The translations under genes and the position numbers were made by a program. DNA of 64,000 nt from an uncultured delta proteobacterium (GTDB lineage Bacteria; Myxococcota; Myxococcia; SLRQ01). The stretch is taken from contig CAVSGM010000002.1 in assembly GCA_963727485.1 (NCBI GenBank), positions 928,001 to 992,000 of the forward strand, read 5' to 3'. Below the pieces are notes generated by a model. It had not been told where the DNA came from, searched no databases, and saw only the letters and a list, made by a program, of their open reading frames with translations. Shown one piece after another: positions 10,877 to 22,971 of this stretch. The first letter of the stretch is position 1, and each line of letters begins with the position of its first letter.

Positions 10877-12355
10877 ATGGCCCTAGAGCTGAAGCAATCG
10901 CTCAAGATGACGCAGCAGCTGGTGATGACGCCCCAGCTGCAGCAGGCGATCAAGCTCCTCCAGCTCTCGCGGATGGAGCTGGTCGACCTGGTCCGCGAAG
11001 AGATGATGGAGAACCCCCTCCTCGAGGAGCACGACGAGGAGGAGCGGATCAGCGACGTCCCCACCATCAACGACGCCCCCGAGCCCACCCTCACCGCCGA
11101 GCCCAAGCAGCCAGAGCGCCCCGAGGACGACCCCAAGGCCGAGAAGGCCGCCGAGGACATCGACTGGGAGGCCTATCTCGAGAACTACCAGCAGTTCGGC
11201 CCCACCGCCGGGCCCGGGGTGCGCCCCGACTCCGACGACCTCCCCGACTACCAGCAGACCCTCACCCGGGCGACCACCCTCTTCGAGCACCTCATCTGGC
11301 AGCTGCGCCTCTCGCACTTCACCGAGGAGGAGGAGCGGGCGGCGGTGTGGATCATCGGCAACCTCTCCGACGACGGCTACTTCAAGAACGCCGGCGAGGC
11401 GGGCGACCCGGTGATCCTCTGCTCCCGGGAGACCGGCGCCAGCCTCACCGCCGCCGAGCACGCCCTCAAGAAGGTGCAGCTCCTCGACCCGGTGGGCATC
11501 GCCGCCCGGGACCTCAAGGAGTGCCTGCTGATCCAGGCGAAGGCCATGGGCGAGGACGACACCCTGGTCGGCGAGATCATCCAGCACCACCTGGACAAGG
11601 TCGAGAGCCACAACCTCCCGGCCATCGCCAAGGAGCTCAAGGTCTCCATCGACTCCATCGTCGACGCGGTGAAGATGATCACCACCATGGAGCCGCGGCC
11701 CGGCCGCCAGTACACCGGCAACGAGCCCCAGTACATCACCCCCGACGTCTACGTGTACAAGGTCGCCGACAAGTACGTGACCGTGCTCAACGACGATGGG
11801 CTGTCCAAGCTCAAGGTCTCCGCCGCCTACCGCACCGCCCTGAAGAACGGCAGCGCCGGCGCCGCCAAGGAGTACATCCAGGACAAGCTGCGCAGCGCGG
11901 TGTGGCTCATCCGCTCCATCCACCAGCGCCAGCGGACCATCTACAAGGTCACCGAGAGCATCGTGAAGTTCCAGCGGGACTTCCTCGACTTCGGCATCGG
12001 CCACCTCCGGCCCCTCATCCTCCGGGACGTGGCCGACGACATCGGGATGCACGAGTCCACCGTCTCCCGGGTGACCACCAACAAGTACGTCCACACCCCC
12101 CAGGGCATCTACGAGCTGAAGTTCTTCTTCAACTCGGCGATCACCCGCACCAGCGGCGACGACCTCGCCAGCGAGGCGGTGAAGTCGAAGATCAAGAAGC
12201 TGGTGGCCGACGAAGACCTCAAGAAGCCCCTGTCCGACCAGAAGATCGTCGAGGTGCTGGCGACGCAGGGCATCGAGATCGCCCGGCGGACCGTCGCCAA
12301 GTACCGCGACCAGCTCGGGATCCTCCCCTCGTCCAAGCGCCGTCGCCTCTACTAA
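10877..12355 (+). CDS. rpoN: RNA polymerase sigma-54 factor
   Basis: [21 protein letters not shown] and RpoN box ARRTVAKYR. Confidence 0.98.
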   Translation: MALELKQSLKMTQQLVMTPQLQQAIKLLQLSRMELVDLVREEMMENPLLEEHDEEERISDVPTINDAPEPTLTAEPKQPERPEDDPKAEKAAEDIDWEAYLENYQQFGPTAGPGVRPDSDDLPDYQQTLTRATTLFEHLIWQLRLSHFTEEEERAAVWIIGNLSDDGYFKNAGEAGDPVILCSRETGASLTAAEHALKKVQLLDPVGIAARDLKECLLIQAKAMGEDDTLVGEIIQHHLDKVESHNLPAIAKELKVSIDSIVDAVKMITTMEPRPGRQYTGNEPQYITPDVYVYKVADKYVTVLNDDGLSKLKVSAAYRTALKNGSAGAAKEYIQDKLRSAVWLIRSIHQRQRTIYKVTESIVKFQRDFLDFGIGHLRPLILRDVADDIGMHESTVSRVTTNKYVHTPQGIYELKFFFNSAITRTSGDDLASEAVKSKIKKLVADEDLKKPLSDQKIVEVLATQGIEIARRTVAKYRDQLGILPSSKRRRLY

Positions 12356-12382
12356 CCACCCCCCAGGAGCGAAGAGAAGCCC

Positions 12383-13028
12383 ATGGCAGCGATGCAGCTC
12401 GACGTGACCTTCCGCAACATCGAAAGCAGCGAAGCCCTCAAGGCCTACGCCCGTGAGAAGGTCGAGCGGGTGAACAAGTACGTCGACCGGCCGATGGAGG
12501 CGCACGTGGTGCTCTCCAGCGAGCGCCACGAGATGCACGCCGACATCCGGATCCACGTCCACCAGTCCGACCTCACCCTCCGGGGCAAGGCCAAGGAAGA
12601 GGACATGTACGCCTCGGTGGACGTGGCCATGGACAAGATCGAGCGGCAGCTCCGGCGCTACAAGGAGAAGCTCAAGAACCACAAGCCCTCGGCCAACGGC
12701 GCGCCCCTCAAGGTGCGCTACGGGGTGCTGGCGCCCGAGGGCCTGGTCCCCGAGGAGCTGCTCGCCGACGGGGTGCCCACCGTGGCGGCCGGGGACGCGG
12801 CGAGCCCCGACGGCGCCTCGGCGACCCCGCCCGCCGAGGGCGCCTCCCGCATCGTGCGCAACACCGAGTTCCTCGCCAAGCCGATGACCGTGGACGAGGC
12901 GGTGATGCAGATGGATTCTCATGAACAACGAGTTCCTCGTGTTCCGCGACGCCCAGACCGCCGGGGTCAACGTCATCTACCGGCGCAAGGACGGGAACAT
13001 CGGGCTCATCGAGGCCTCCCGTGAGTGA
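12383..13028 (+). CDS. hpf: Long-form ribosome hibernation promoting factor, frameshifted at about 12916
   Basis: DMYASVD..DKIERQLRRYK and KPMTVDEAVMQ; removing one T restores MDLMNNEFLVF...VIYRRKDGNIGLI, stop at 13028. Confidence 0.9.
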
Positions 13029-13497
13029 TGGTGGCGTCCGGATCCGCGAGCTGCTCGACCGCAGCCTCGTCCTCCCCGATCTGCAGGCCGCGGACAAGAC
13101 CGCGGTCCTCACCGAGCTGTGCCGGCCCCTCGCCGAGAAGCACGCCGACCTGGACCCGGACCAGATGGTCCGCATCCTCCTCGAGCGTGAGCGCCTCGGC
13201 TCCACCGGGGTCGGCGAGGGCGTGGCCATCCCCCACGGCAAGCTCAATGGGATCAAGGGCCTGGTGGCGAGCTTCGGCCGCTCGAAGCAGGGCATCGACT
13301 TCGCCGCCCTCGACGACAAGCCGGCGCACCTGTTCTTCGTGCTCTTCGCCCCGGCGAACGCCGCGGCGATGCACCTCAAGGCCCTGGCGCGCATCTCCCG
13401 GCTCCTCAAGAACGCGGCGTTCCGGGACAAGCTCCTGGAGGCCGAGGGGGCCCAGGGGATCCTCGAGGCCATCGCCGCCGAGGAGAGCCGGTTCTAG
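13021..13497 (+). CDS. ptsN: PTS IIA (Ntr/fructose type)
   Basis: RERLGSTGVGEGVAIPHGK and HLKALARISR; rpoN operon context. Confidence 0.92.
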   Translation: MSDGGVRIRELLDRSLVLPDLQAADKTAVLTELCRPLAEKHADLDPDQMVRILLERERLGSTGVGEGVAIPHGKLNGIKGLVASFGRSKQGIDFAALDDKPAHLFFVLFAPANAAAMHLKALARISRLLKNAAFRDKLLEAEGAQGILEAIAAEESRF

Positions 13498-13513
13498 GCC
13501 GGCGGGCGCGCCC

Positions 13514-14491
13514 ATGGTCTCGATCCCCGTCGGACAGCTCCTCGACGCCGACGCCGGCGACCTCAAGCTCACGCTCCTCGCCGGCGGCGAGAAGGGCCTC
13601 GCCCGGCGCATCGCCTCGGCGCGGATCCAGAAGCCGGGGCTGGTGCTCACCGGCCACACCGAGGGCGTCCACCCCGACCGGGTGGCGGTCTTCGGCAACA
13701 CCGAGATGACCTACATCCAGGGCCTCACCGAGGACCAGGTGCGCCGCGGGATGCGGGCGCTCTTCGGCTCGCGGATCTCGGCGCTGGCGGTGACCAAGGA
13801 CTTCCCGGTGCCAAAGGTGCTCCGGGAGGAGGCCGACGAGGCGGGGGTGGCGATCCTCGCCACGCCGCTGTTGTCCAGCACCCTGATGATGCGGCTGACC
13901 GCCTACCTCGAGGACGCCCTGGCGCCCTCGACCAGCCTCCACGGGGTGCTCATCGACGTCCTCGGGGTGGGGATCCTCATCCTCGGCAAGAGCGGCATCG
14001 GCAAGAGCGAGGCCGCCCTCGACCTGGTCCTCCGGGGCCACCGCCTGGTCGCCGACGACATCGTCGACATCAAGCGCCGGGGCGGGAACTCCCTCTACGG
14101 CCAGGGCTCGGAGATCATCCGCCACCACATGGAGATCCGGGGCCTGGGGATCATCAACATCAAGGACCTCTTCGGCGTCGCCGCCGTCCGCGAGCGCAAG
14201 AAGCTGGAGATGGTCGTCGAGCTGGTGGAGTGGGATCCCTCGGTGCAGTACGACCGCCTGGGGGTCGAGGAGCACACCTACGAGATCCTCGACCTCACCA
14301 TCCCCCAGCTGATGATCCCCGTCCGCCCGGGCCGGAACATGACCACCATCATCGAGGTCGCCGCCCGCAACCACCTCCTCAAGCTCCAGGGGCACCACTC
14401 GGCCCTGGAGTTCCAGGAGCGCCTCAACAAGGCCATCGCCGACGCCGGCCTGGCCCAGGTGCGCCGGGGCCCCGGCGAGGACATCGAGTGA
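13514..14491 (+). CDS. hprK: HPr kinase/phosphorylase
   Basis: LHGVL, GKSGIGKSE, LVADD, MEIRGLGII and PGRN motifs. Confidence 0.96.
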   Translation: MVSIPVGQLLDADAGDLKLTLLAGGEKGLARRIASARIQKPGLVLTGHTEGVHPDRVAVFGNTEMTYIQGLTEDQVRRGMRALFGSRISALAVTKDFPVPKVLREEADEAGVAILATPLLSSTLMMRLTAYLEDALAPSTSLHGVLIDVLGVGILILGKSGIGKSEAALDLVLRGHRLVADDIVDIKRRGGNSLYGQGSEIIRHHMEIRGLGIINIKDLFGVAAVRERKKLEMVVELVEWDPSVQYDRLGVEEHTYEILDLTIPQLMIPVRPGRNMTTIIEVAARNHLLKLQGHHSALEFQERLNKAIADAGLAQVRRGPGEDIE

Positions 14492-15360
14492 GCGACCCGC
14501 CTCCCACCCGCCTGGTGCTGGTCACCGGCGTCTCCGGCTCCGGGAAGACCACGGCGCTCAAGGCCCTCGAGGACCTGGGCTACTTCTCCATCGACAACCT
14601 GCCCATCGTCCTGCTCCCGCGGCTCCTCGAGCTGGGGACCCACACCTCCGAGGACGTCTCCAAGATCGCGCTGGTGGTCGACTGCCGCGAGGGGGGCTTC
14701 CTCGACGACGTCCCCGCGGAGATCGCCGCCGCCCGGCAGGCGGGCCACCAGGTGCAGGTGGTCTTCCTCGACACCGACGACACGGTGCTGCTCCGGCGCT
14801 TCAGCGAGACCCGCCGCCGCCACCCCCTGGCGGAGAAGGGCTCGGTGGAGGGCGCCATCGCCCGGGAGCGCGAGGCCCTGGCGGCGCTCCGGGAGATGGC
14901 CGACCAGGTCATCGACACCACCGCGCTGTCGGTCCACGAGCTCAAGGGCGTGTTCCAGGACCACTTCGCCGCCGACCCCACCGACGCCTTCCCCTCGGTG
15001 AGCGTGCTCTCCTTCGGCTTCAAGCACGGGCTCCCCGCCCAGGCCGACCTGGTCCTCGACTGCCGCTTCCTCCCCAACCCCCACTTCGTCCCCGAGCTCA
15101 AGCCGCTCACCGGCCTCGATCCCGCGGTGGCGAGCTTCGTCCTCGACCGGGAGGAGACCGCCGAGTTCCTCGACCGGGTCGAGGGGATGCTCTCCTGGCT
15201 GCTCCCCCGGTACCGCCGGGAGCGCAAGGCCTACCTCACCGTGGCGATGGGCTGCACCGGGGGCCGGCACCGGTCGGTGGCGCTCGCCGAGCGGGTGGGG
15301 GCGGCGCTGCGGGCCCAGGGGGTCGAGGCCGCGGTCCGCCACCGGGACATCGGCAAGTAA
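14488..15360 (+). CDS. rapZ: RNase adapter RapZ / YvcJ-like P-loop protein
   Basis: TGVSGSGKT, IDNLP, ETRRRHPL, SFGFKHG and GCTGGRHRS motifs. Confidence 0.96.
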   Translation: MSDPPPTRLVLVTGVSGSGKTTALKALEDLGYFSIDNLPIVLLPRLLELGTHTSEDVSKIALVVDCREGGFLDDVPAEIAAARQAGHQVQVVFLDTDDTVLLRRFSETRRRHPLAEKGSVEGAIAREREALAALREMADQVIDTTALSVHELKGVFQDHFAADPTDAFPSVSVLSFGFKHGLPAQADLVLDCRFLPNPHFVPELKPLTGLDPAVASFVLDREETAEFLDRVEGMLSWLLPRYRRERKAYLTVAMGCTGGRHRSVALAERVGAALRAQGVEAAVRHRDIGK

Positions 15361-15431
15361 CCGCGGGGCAAACATGGCGCCCGGGCCAACCGGGTGGTAG
15401 ATCACTCGTAGTCCCCCCCAGGCCTCGCCAC

Positions 15432-15887
15432 ATGGTTGCCGGCGTCATTGTCACCCACGGTCAGCTCGCGCAGGCGCTCCTCGACACGGCGCGCCTCATC
15501 GTGGGTGACCTGCCTTTGGTGCAGGCGGTGTGCCTCGAGCCCTGGGACGGCGGCGAGGTCTGCTCCGCCAAGGTCCACCGGGCCATCGACGCGGTGGACC
15601 AGGGCGATGGGGTCCTGGTCCTCGCCGACCTCCCCGGGGGCACCCCCTGCAACGTGGGCATCGGCTGCCTCGAGGACCGGAAGGTCGAGGTGGTCACCGG
15701 CGTCAACGTCTCGATGCTGGTCAAGCTCCGGGGCCTCCAGCTCGCCGGCGCCGACCTCCTCGAGGCCGCCCACCAGGTGGCGATCCACGGCGCCAGCAGC
15801 GTCCGGGTGATGTCCGAGGAGGTCCGGGCGCGGGCCGAGGCCCAGGCCCAGGCGGCGGCGGCGGGCTCGGGCGAGCCGGGCAGATGA
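15432..15887 (+). CDS. PTS mannose-family IIA
   Basis: VTHG phospho-His; DLPGGTPCN; TGVN motif. Confidence 0.9.
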   Translation: MVAGVIVTHGQLAQALLDTARLIVGDLPLVQAVCLEPWDGGEVCSAKVHRAIDAVDQGDGVLVLADLPGGTPCNVGIGCLEDRKVEVVTGVNVSMLVKLRGLQLAGADLLEAAHQVAIHGASSVRVMSEEVRARAEAQAQAAAAGSGEPGR

Positions 15888-16381
15888 GCGTCGCCGCGGT
15901 GAGGATCGACGGGCGCCTGGTCCACGGCCAGGTGGTGGAGACCTGGCTCCCGGCCCTGGAGGTCACCCGGATCCTGGTCGTCGACGACGAAGCCGCCCGG
16001 TCCACCCTCTCCCGGGCGGCCATGCGCATGGCCCTGCCCCCGCGGGTGGAGCTCACCATCACCGCCCCGGCGGAGGTGGACTGGGACGAGGCCCGCTCCG
16101 GGGCCGGCCGCACCCTGGTCCTGGTGCGCACCGTGGCCGCCGCGGTCACCGTGGACACCGGCCTCGACCTCGCCGCCCACGAGATCCCCCTGAACGTGGG
16201 GGTGGTGCAGCACACCCCCGGCCGCCGGCCCATCACCAGCGGCATCCACCTCTCCGGCGACGAGGTCGAGGCCCTCGCCGGCCTCGCTTACCGCGGGGTG
16301 AAGGTCGAGCTGCGCAGCCTCCCCGACCAGCCGCCCCTCACGGTGGACGACGCCCGGGCGCGGTTCCTCAAGGCCGGGTGA
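15884..16381 (+). CDS. PTS mannose-family IIB
   Basis: RIDGRLVHGQV phospho-His motif; LNVG. Confidence 0.9.
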   Translation: MSVAAVRIDGRLVHGQVVETWLPALEVTRILVVDDEAARSTLSRAAMRMALPPRVELTITAPAEVDWDEARSGAGRTLVLVRTVAAAVTVDTGLDLAAHEIPLNVGVVQHTPGRRPITSGIHLSGDEVEALAGLAYRGVKVELRSLPDQPPLTVDDARARFLKAG

Positions 16382-16385
16382 GCCG

Positions 16386-17102
16386 GTGACCCTTCTCCCG
16401 GGACTCCTCTGGGTGGCGGGGGTGGCGGCGCTGGCCGAGGTCGAGCGCAAGGGCGCGGTGCAGGGGATGCTCGCCCGGCCCCTGGTCCTGGCGCCGCTCC
16501 TCGGGTGGCTCCTGGGCCACGGCGCCGCGGGGCTGGCCCTGGCGGCGCCCCTGGAGCTGTTCTGGCTCGGGGGCTTGAACATCGGCGCCAACCTCCCGGA
16601 CAACGAGGTGGTGGGCACCGCCGCGGTGGTGGGCGCCGCCTGCCTCGCCGCCGGCCCGGCGCCGGTGGACCCGGGGCTGGCGCTCCTCGCGGTGCTGCTC
16701 CTGGGCCCGGTGGCGATCCTCGGCCGGGTCGCCGACGAGCAGGTGGAGCGGGCCAACGTGGGCCTCGCCGCCCGGGTCGCCGCCCGGGCCGAGGGCGGCG
16801 TCGAGGACCCGGCGCGCCTGGCGCTGCTGGGCCTTCTGGCCCCGGCGGTGAGCGGGGCGATCCTCGGGGTGGTCGGGGCCGGGGCCGGCGCCCTGCTCCT
16901 CCCCCGGATCCTCGCCGCCCTCCCCGAGACCCTGCGCGCCGCCCTGCCCCTGGGGTGGCTGGCCCTGGGCGCCGCCGCCGCCGCCGCCGCGGTCGCGGCC
17001 ATCCGGACCCCGCGGGCCACCCTCACCGCCGGGGTCGCCGTGGGCGCGGGCCTGTTGGTGCTCCTGGGCCTCGTCGCCCTGGTCCCGGGGGCCGCCGGAT
17101 GA
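16386..17102 (+). CDS. PTS mannose-family IIC (divergent)
   Basis: RPLVLAPLLG and LELFWLGGLNIGANLP; hydrophobic; lies between IIB and IID. Confidence 0.82.
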   Translation: MTLLPGLLWVAGVAALAEVERKGAVQGMLARPLVLAPLLGWLLGHGAAGLALAAPLELFWLGGLNIGANLPDNEVVGTAAVVGAACLAAGPAPVDPGLALLAVLLLGPVAILGRVADEQVERANVGLAARVAARAEGGVEDPARLALLGLLAPAVSGAILGVVGAGAGALLLPRILAALPETLRAALPLGWLALGAAAAAAAVAAIRTPRATLTAGVAVGAGLLVLLGLVALVPGAAG

Positions 17103-17854
17103 GGCCCCGGCTCCCCAGGAGGGTGCTGGCCCGGTGCTTCTTCCGGTCGCTGCTGCTCCAGAGCGCCTGGAACGTCCGGGGGATGCAGAACCTGGGCTTC
17201 GCCTACGCCATCTGGCCGGCCCTCGCCGCCCTCTACCCCGACCCCGAGGCCCGGAAGGCGGCGGTGGCGCGGCACCTGGAGCCGTTCAACACCCACCCCT
17301 ACATGGCCGAGGCGATCCTCGGGGGGGCGATCCACCACGAGCTGCGCATCGCCGCCGGGCACCTGCCGCCGGAGCACGTGGGGCGGTTCAAGCAGGCCCT
17401 CGCCGGGCCCCTGGCGGGCCTGGGCGACACCTTCTTCTGGGCCTCCTGGCGCCCGGCGATCGGGGCCCTGGGGGTGCTGCTCCTGCCCCTGCTCGGGGTG
17501 TTCGCGGTGCCGGTGTTCCTGGTGGTCTACAACCTGGTGCACCTCGCGGTGCGCCTCTACCTCTTCCGCAGCGGCGTCGGCCTGGGCGACGCGGTGCTGG
17601 GGGCCCTGGGGCCCCTGCGCCTCGCGGAGCGGGCCGCGGCCTTCAAGGCCCTGGCCGCCGCCGCCGCCGGGCTGGCCCTGGTCGCCTGGGAGGGGACTTC
17701 GGCCCATGCCCTGGGCTATTCTGTTTCCCTGGTCACCGTCGGCGCCGCCGTCGGGGCCGGGATCCTGGTGGTCCTCCTCCGGGCCGGGCTCAACCCGTAC
17801 CTGGTGGCGGGGCTCGCCGCCGGGGCCGGGGTCCTGGCGGGGATCGCCGCATGA
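17099..17854 (+). CDS. PTS mannose-family IID
   Basis: QSAWNVRGMQNLGF, FNTHPYM and GPLAGLGDTFFW motifs. Confidence 0.9.
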   Translation: MRPRLPRRVLARCFFRSLLLQSAWNVRGMQNLGFAYAIWPALAALYPDPEARKAAVARHLEPFNTHPYMAEAILGGAIHHELRIAAGHLPPEHVGRFKQALAGPLAGLGDTFFWASWRPAIGALGVLLLPLLGVFAVPVFLVVYNLVHLAVRLYLFRSGVGLGDAVLGALGPLRLAERAAAFKALAAAAAGLALVAWEGTSAHALGYSVSLVTVGAAVGAGILVVLLRAGLNPYLVAGLAAGAGVLAGIAA

Positions 17855-17864
17855 TGGGAGCGAG

Positions 17865-18134
17865 ATGAGCGCAGTGGGAACCTACGAGGTGGTCAACGAG
17901 CTCGGGCTCCACGCCCGGGCGGCGGCGGCCCTGGTGCAGGTGGCCAACGGCTTCGAGAGCACCATCCACCTCGCCCGGGAGGGCGACGAGGTGAATGCCA
18001 AGAGCATCATGGGGGTTCTGACGTTGGCGGCCGCCAAGGGCACGGAGGTCGTGGTGCGCTGTGAGGGGTCCGACGAGGCGGCGGCGCTCGCCGCGGTGGG
18101 CGCCCTCTTCGAGGACGGGTTCGGGGAGCTCTAG
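17865..18134 (+). CDS. ptsH: Phosphocarrier HPr
   Basis: GLHARAA (His15 equivalent) and NAKSIMGV (Ser46 equivalent). Confidence 0.95.
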   Translation: MSAVGTYEVVNELGLHARAAAALVQVANGFESTIHLAREGDEVNAKSIMGVLTLAAAKGTEVVVRCEGSDEAAALAAVGALFEDGFGEL

Positions 18135-18149
18135 GCCCAGAGTGAGACG

Positions 18150-19940
<1,791 letters not shown>

Positions 19941-20011
19941 GGCCGCAGTGGGGGCGTCTCGTTCCCGCCGGCATGGCTCCCCGCGTGCGCCCGGGGGTGG
20001 TCCGGCGTATC

Positions 20012-20040
20012 TTGACGCCCCTGGGAGGCGCCGATAGTCT
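20012..20040 (+). promoter_or_regulatory. Sigma70-type promoter for metK
   Basis: TTGACG-N17-TAGTCT; GGAGG RBS before the ATG at 20100. Confidence 0.6.
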
Positions 20041-20099
20041 TCCCCGTTCGCAGCCCACCCGGGCGCCCCCCGTCTTCCCCGTTGTGGAGGTAGTTTCGC

Positions 20100-21287
20100 A
20101 TGCCGTCCAAGGACTTCCTGTTCACCAGTGAGTCGGTGACCGAGGGCCATCCCGACAAGATGGCCGACCAGATCTCCGACGCCGTCCTCGACGCCGCCCT
20201 CGAAGGCGATCCTTCGAGCCGCGTGGCCTGCGAGACCCTCCTCAAGACCGGCTTCGTGGTGCTGGCCGGCGAGATCACCACCCGCTCGACCATCGACTAC
20301 CCGGCGCTCGCCCGTCAGGTGGTCCGGGACATCGGCTACACCTCCAGCGACATGGGCTTCGACGCCGAGACCTGCGCGGTCCTCGCCGCCGTCGAGCGCC
20401 AGAGCCCCGACATCGCCATGGGCGTCGACGAGAGCACGGGCCACGAGCAGGGCGCCGGCGACCAGGGGATGATGTTCGGCTACGCCTGCGACGAGACCGA
20501 CGCGCTGATGCCCATGCCCATCCACCTCGCCCACCGGCTCACCGAGCGGCTCACCGAGGTCCGGAAGAACGGCACCCTCCCCTACCTGCGCCCCGACGGG
20601 AAGAGCCAGGTGACGGTGCGCTACCAGGACGGCAAGCCCCACGCCATCGAGGCGGTGGTCATCTCCACCCAGCACGACGCGGCGGTGGAGATGGGCGAGC
20701 TGCGCCAGGCGGTGCGCCGCGAGGTCATCGACCCGGTCCTCGACGGCTACCTGCTCTCCAGCGACATCGCCTACCACATCAACCCCACCGGCCGCTTCGT
20801 CATCGGCGGCCCCATGGGCGACGCCGGGCTCACCGGCCGCAAGATCATCGTCGACACCTACGGGGGCATGGGCCGCCACGGCGGGGGCGCCTTCTCCGGC
20901 AAGGACCCCTCCAAGGTCGACCGCTCCGCCGCCTACATGGCGCGCTACGTGGCCAAGAACATCGTCGCCGCCGGGCTGGCCGGGCGCTGCGAGGTGCAGC
21001 TGGCCTACGCCATCGGCGTCGCCGAGCCGGTCTCGGTGATGGTCGACACCTTCGGCACCGGCGCCCTCGACGAGGCCAAGCTCGCGGCCCTGGTGCGCAA
21101 GCACTTCGGCCTCAAGCCCCGGGAGATCATCGAGCAGCTCGACCTGCTCAAGCCCCGGTACCGCCCCACCGCCGCCTACGGCCACTTCGGCCGGGCCGAC
21201 GCCAGCTTCACCTGGGAGCGCACCGACAAGGCCGAGGCCCTCGCCGCCGACGCCGGGGTGACCCCCCGGGCGGCCGCGGCGAGCTGA
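20100..21287 (+). CDS. metK: S-adenosylmethionine synthetase
   Basis: [24 protein letters not shown] and GGGAFSGKD motifs. Confidence 0.98.
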   Translation: MPSKDFLFTSESVTEGHPDKMADQISDAVLDAALEGDPSSRVACETLLKTGFVVLAGEITTRSTIDYPALARQVVRDIGYTSSDMGFDAETCAVLAAVERQSPDIAMGVDESTGHEQGAGDQGMMFGYACDETDALMPMPIHLAHRLTERLTEVRKNGTLPYLRPDGKSQVTVRYQDGKPHAIEAVVISTQHDAAVEMGELRQAVRREVIDPVLDGYLLSSDIAYHINPTGRFVIGGPMGDAGLTGRKIIVDTYGGMGRHGGGAFSGKDPSKVDRSAAYMARYVAKNIVAAGLAGRCEVQLAYAIGVAEPVSVMVDTFGTGALDEAKLAALVRKHFGLKPREIIEQLDLLKPRYRPTAAYGHFGRADASFTWERTDKAEALAADAGVTPRAAAAS

Positions 21288-21316
21288 CCGCGCCGAAGCA
21301 GGCGCCGCCGACTGCG

Positions 21317-22868
21317 ATGACGCCGGCGGCGCGCCGGGCCCTCGGGCAGTACTTCACCCCCGAGGCCCTGGTGGACCACCTGCTGGGCCTCGCCTCGGCC
21401 GAGGCCCTCCCGGACGGCGCCCGGATCCTGGAGCCCGCCTGCGGGGACGGGGCGTTCCTGGTGGGCCTGGTGCGCCTGCTGGGCCCCCGGGCCGCGGGGC
21501 TGAAGGTCACCGCCTTCGACGTGGACGCCGCCGCCGCCCGGGCGGCGAGGCGGGAGGTGGCCGGCGCCCTTGAGGCCCACGCCGGGCTCGCCCCGACGGC
21601 GGCGCGGCGCCTGGCGGGCCGGTGGATCCGGGTGGGTGACTTCCTGGCGGCAACCCCCGCGGGCCCCTTCGACCTCGCCCTGGGCAACCCCCCGTTCCTC
21701 GAGGCCAAGCGGATGCCCCGGGCGATGAAGCAGCGCCTGCGCCGGGATCACCCGGCGTGGACCCGCGGGGCCTTCGACCTCTTCGTGCCCTTCGTGGGCC
21801 GGGCCGCCGAGGCGGTCTCGCCCGGGGGGCGGCTGGCCTTCGTCCTCCCCAACAAGGTGGGCATCGCCGCCTACGCCCGGGGGCTGCGGGCGATGCTCCT
21901 CGAGTCGCTGGCCCTGGAGGCGCTCACCGACCTCTCGGACACCAAGGCCTTCGAGGGGGCGAGCGTGTACCCGGTGGCCCTGGTGGCGCGGCGGCCGGCG
22001 GGGGACGCAGAGCGATGCGCCGCCGGCGCCCCCGTGCGCACCCACCGGGGCCATCGCCACGGCGGCGACCTGGTGTTCACCGCCTCGGGCGAGGTGCCGC
22101 GCGCCACCTTCACCGCCGCCCCGGACCAGGTGCTCTTCGTGCCGCCGGAGGGCGCGGCCGCCCGGGCCGAGCTCGCCGCCCTCCTCGATCCCCCGGCCCG
22201 CCTCGGCGACTACCTCGACCTCCGGTGGACGGTGAGCTTCCACCGCGCCGGGCTGCGGGACCGCTACCTCTTCCCCGAGCGCCCGGACACGCCCCACGCC
22301 CGCCGGCTCCTCGGCGCCGGCCGCTACGCCGGCAACACCGACGTCGCCCGCTACCACCTCACCTGGCGGGGCTGGTGGATCGACTACGACCAGGCCCGGG
22401 CCGCCGCCGACGGCAACCACCTCCCGGATCCGGCGATCTTCGCGGCCCCGAAGCTGGTGATCTGCCAGAACGCCCTGCGCCTCCGGGCCGCCCTCGACCG
22501 GGAGGGCTACGTCCTCAAGGACACCTTCTTCGCCGCCCGGCCCACCGAGCGGTGCCGCGCCGAGGGCGTCCCCCTCGAGGCGCTCCTGGGCCTGGTGAAC
22601 AGCGCGCTGCTCCACCGGTGGTACGCGGCGGTCTTCGGCCTCACCCGGGTCAACGGCGGGTACCTCCACTACCTGGGGAGCTACCTCAAGCATCTGCCGG
22701 TGCCCGAGGCGCGGTGCCTGGACGCCGGGCTCGGCCGAGGCGGTGGGCGCCTGCGAGGCGGCGGCGGCGGCGGGTGACGACGCCGCCCTCGCGGGTGCCG
22801 AGGCCGCGGTCGAGGCGCGCGTCCGCGCGGCGTTTGGCCTGCGGGTCGAGACGCCCGTCCACCCATGA
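21317..22868 (+). CDS. Orphan amino (probably N6-adenine) DNA methyltransferase, gamma/TaqI-like order; frameshift at about 22733
   Basis: GQYFTP, EPACGDGAF (motif I), GNPPF (motif IV) and LLGLVNS; removing one G extends the ORF to ...VEARVRAAFGL, stop at 22868. Confidence 0.85.
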
Positions 22869-22971
22869 GCTCCCCCGGGGAGGGCACGGGCCCTCGGCGC
22901 TTCGGCGCGAGCTGCCGCCAGGCCGGCCCCGCCCTTCCGCCCCCGCAGGCGAGGGGATAAGGTCCGGGCCC

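Noticed and set aside
9041..12355. 1104-aa ORF suggesting an LptA/LptB-RpoN fusion
   Set aside because: Chimera produced by frameshifts and an open upstream frame; RpoN has its own RBS and ATG at 10877
19941..20099. SAM riboswitch upstream of metK
   Set aside because: No SAM-I or SAM-II core is recognisable, and the predicted leader after the promoter is only about 55 nt
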